Shown in pieces: positions 62,052 to 64,000 of a DNA stretch of 64,000 nt (its first letter is position 1; every line of letters starts with the position of its first letter). The stretch is taken from positions 21,142,001 through 21,206,000 of the forward strand of contig OZ024740.1 of assembly GCA_964016885.1 (NCBI GenBank), written 5' to 3'. The notes beneath the pieces were generated by a model. The model ran no database searches, was not told where the DNA came from, and worked only from the letters and a program-made list of their open reading frames with translations. The translations under genes were made by a program, and so were the position numbers. Origin of the DNA: Eledone cirrhosa (Eukaryota).

Positions 62052-62770
62052 ATGTACCATTCCTTCTTTCAATGTCATATTATCAGACAGTATATCTTCG
62101 ACTACATTAGACAATATACCATTCCTTCTTTCAATGTGATATTATCAGACAGTATATCTTCGACTACATTAGACAATATACCATTCCTTCTTTCAATGTG
62201 ATATTATCAGACAGTATATCTTGGACAACATTAGACAATGTACCATTCTTTCTTTCAAGGTGATATTATCAGACAGTATATCTTGGACTACAATAGACAA
62301 TGTACTATTCCTACTTTCAATGTGATATTAACAAACAGTATATCTTGGACTACATTATACAATGTACCATTCCTTCTTTCAATGTTATATTATCAGACTG
62401 TATATCTTGGACTACATTAGACAATATACCATTCCTTCTTTCAATGTGATATTATCAGACAGTATATCTTGGACTACATTAGACAATGTACCATTCCTTC
62501 TTTCAATGTGATATTATCAGACAGTATATTTTGGACTACATTAGACAATGTACCATTCCTTCTTTCAATGGGATATTATCAGACAGTATATCTTGGACTA
62601 CATTAGACAATGTACCATTCCTTCTTTCAAGGTGATATTATCAGACAGTATATCTTGGACTACATTAGACAATGTACCATTCCTTCTTTCAATGTGATAT
62701 TATCAGACAGTGTATCTTGGACTACATTAGACAATGTACCATTCCTTCTGTCAATGTGATATTATCAGAC

Positions 62771-62857
62771 TGTCTAATGTAGTCCAAGATATACTGTCTG
62801 ATAATATCACATTGAAAGAAGGAATGGTACATTGTCTAATGTAGTCCAAGATATACT
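62771..62857 (-). repeat. 87-bp inverted satellite segment, TGTCT allele
   Basis: Same block and breakpoints. Confidence 0.97.
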
Positions 62858-64000
62858 ATGTACCATTCCTTCTTTCAATGTCATATTATCAGACAGTATA
62901 TCTTCGACTACATTAGACAATGTACCATTCCTTCTTTCAATGTGATATTATCAAACAGTATATCTTGGACTACATTAGACAATGTATCCTTCCTTCTTTC
63001 AATGTGATATTATCAGACAGTATACCTTGGACTACATTAGACAATGTACCATTCCTTCTTTCAATGTGATATTATCAGACAGTATATCTTGGACTGCATT
63101 AGACAATGTACCTTTCCTTCGTTCAAGGTGATATTATCAGACAGTATATCTTGGACTACACTAGACAATGTACCATTCCTTCTTTCAAGGTGATATTATC
63201 AGACAGTATATCTTGGACTAAATTAGACAATGTACCATTCCTTCTTTCAATGTCATATTATCAGACAGTATATCTTGGACTTCATTAGACAATATACCAT
63301 TCCTTCTTTCAATGTGATATTATCAGACAGTATATCTTGGACTACCTTAGACAATGTACCATTCCTTCTTTCATGGTGATATTATCAGACAGTATATCTT
63401 GGACTACATTAGACAATGTACCATTCCTTCTTTCAAGGTGATATTATCAGACAGTATATCTTGGACTACATTAGACAATGTATCGTTCCTTCTTTCAATG
63501 TGATATTATCAGACAGTATATCTTGGACTACATTAGACAATGTACCATTCCTTCTTTCAATGTGATATTATCAGACAGTATATCTTGGACTACATTAGAC
63601 AATGTACCATTCCTTCTTTCAATGGTATATTAGCAGACAGTATATCTTGGACTACATTAGACAATATACCATTCCTTCTTTCAATATGATATTATCAGAC
63701 AGTATATCTTGGACTACATTAGACAATGTACCATTCCTTCTTTCAATCGGATATTATCAGACAGTATATCTTGGACTACATTAGACAATATACCATTCCT
63801 TCTTTCAATGTGATATTATCAGACAGTATATCTTGGACTACATTAGACAATGTACCGTTCCTTCTTTAAATGTGGTATTATCAGACAGTATATTTTGGAC
63901 TACATTAGACAATGTACCATTCCTTCTTTCAATGGGATATTATCAGACAGTATATCTTGGACTACATTAGACAATATACCATTCCTTCTTTCAAGGTGAT

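Larger units (their letters stand above)
1..64000 (+). repeat. Tandem satellite DNA array, 62-bp monomer, about 1,030 copies, extending beyond both window ends
   Basis: The 62-bp unit repeats head-to-tail throughout, usually with 0-3 substitutions per monomer. All ORF-track starts after 3.2 kb are congruent to 52 mod 62, and those before are 51 mod 62. Confidence 0.99.

Noticed and set aside
175-63784. More than 130 near-identical 60-aa ORFs (MYHSFFQ...)
   Set aside because: These are translation artefacts. Because 62 is not a multiple of 3, the frame cycles every 3 monomers (186 bp), and an ORF appears whenever a substitution removes the TGA in the third monomer. There is no domain resemblance, and most trimers are interrupted by stops.
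1-64000. CRISPR-like array (25 + 37 bp = 62-bp period resembles repeat plus spacer)
   Set aside because: Both parts are equally conserved, so there are no unique spacers. There is also no leader and no cas gene.
1-64000. Assignment as a functional centromere, telomere or named satellite family
   Set aside because: I do not recognise the monomer, and I see no CENP-B box or telomeric motif. It would need a BLAST, Dfam or Repbase search and CENP-A ChIP data.

Overview
The whole 64 kb is one AT-rich (consensus 32% GC) tandem satellite array of about 1,030 copies of a 62-bp monomer, consensus ATGTACCATTCCTTCTTTCAATGTGATATTATCAGACAGTATATCTTGGACTACATTAGACA. It is most likely eukaryotic heterochromatic or (peri)centromeric satellite, but the organism and family are not identifiable from sequence alone. 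I see no unique sequence, credible gene, RNA gene, transposon or CRISPR array, and the listed ORFs are by-products of the repeat. The internal structure is notable. (i) There are 30 copies, counted by eye, of one 87-bp in-place inversion with identical breakpoints that preserves the 62-bp register and can fold back on either flank. (ii) Three junction alleles of this inversion (TGTCT, TGCCT, TGCGT) form a spatial gradient. (iii) Nested higher-order repeats (HORs) of 57-67 monomers (3.5-4.2 kb) occur along with smaller and long-range duplications. (iv) Only one net indel is visible in the window. All counts and boundaries are manual.
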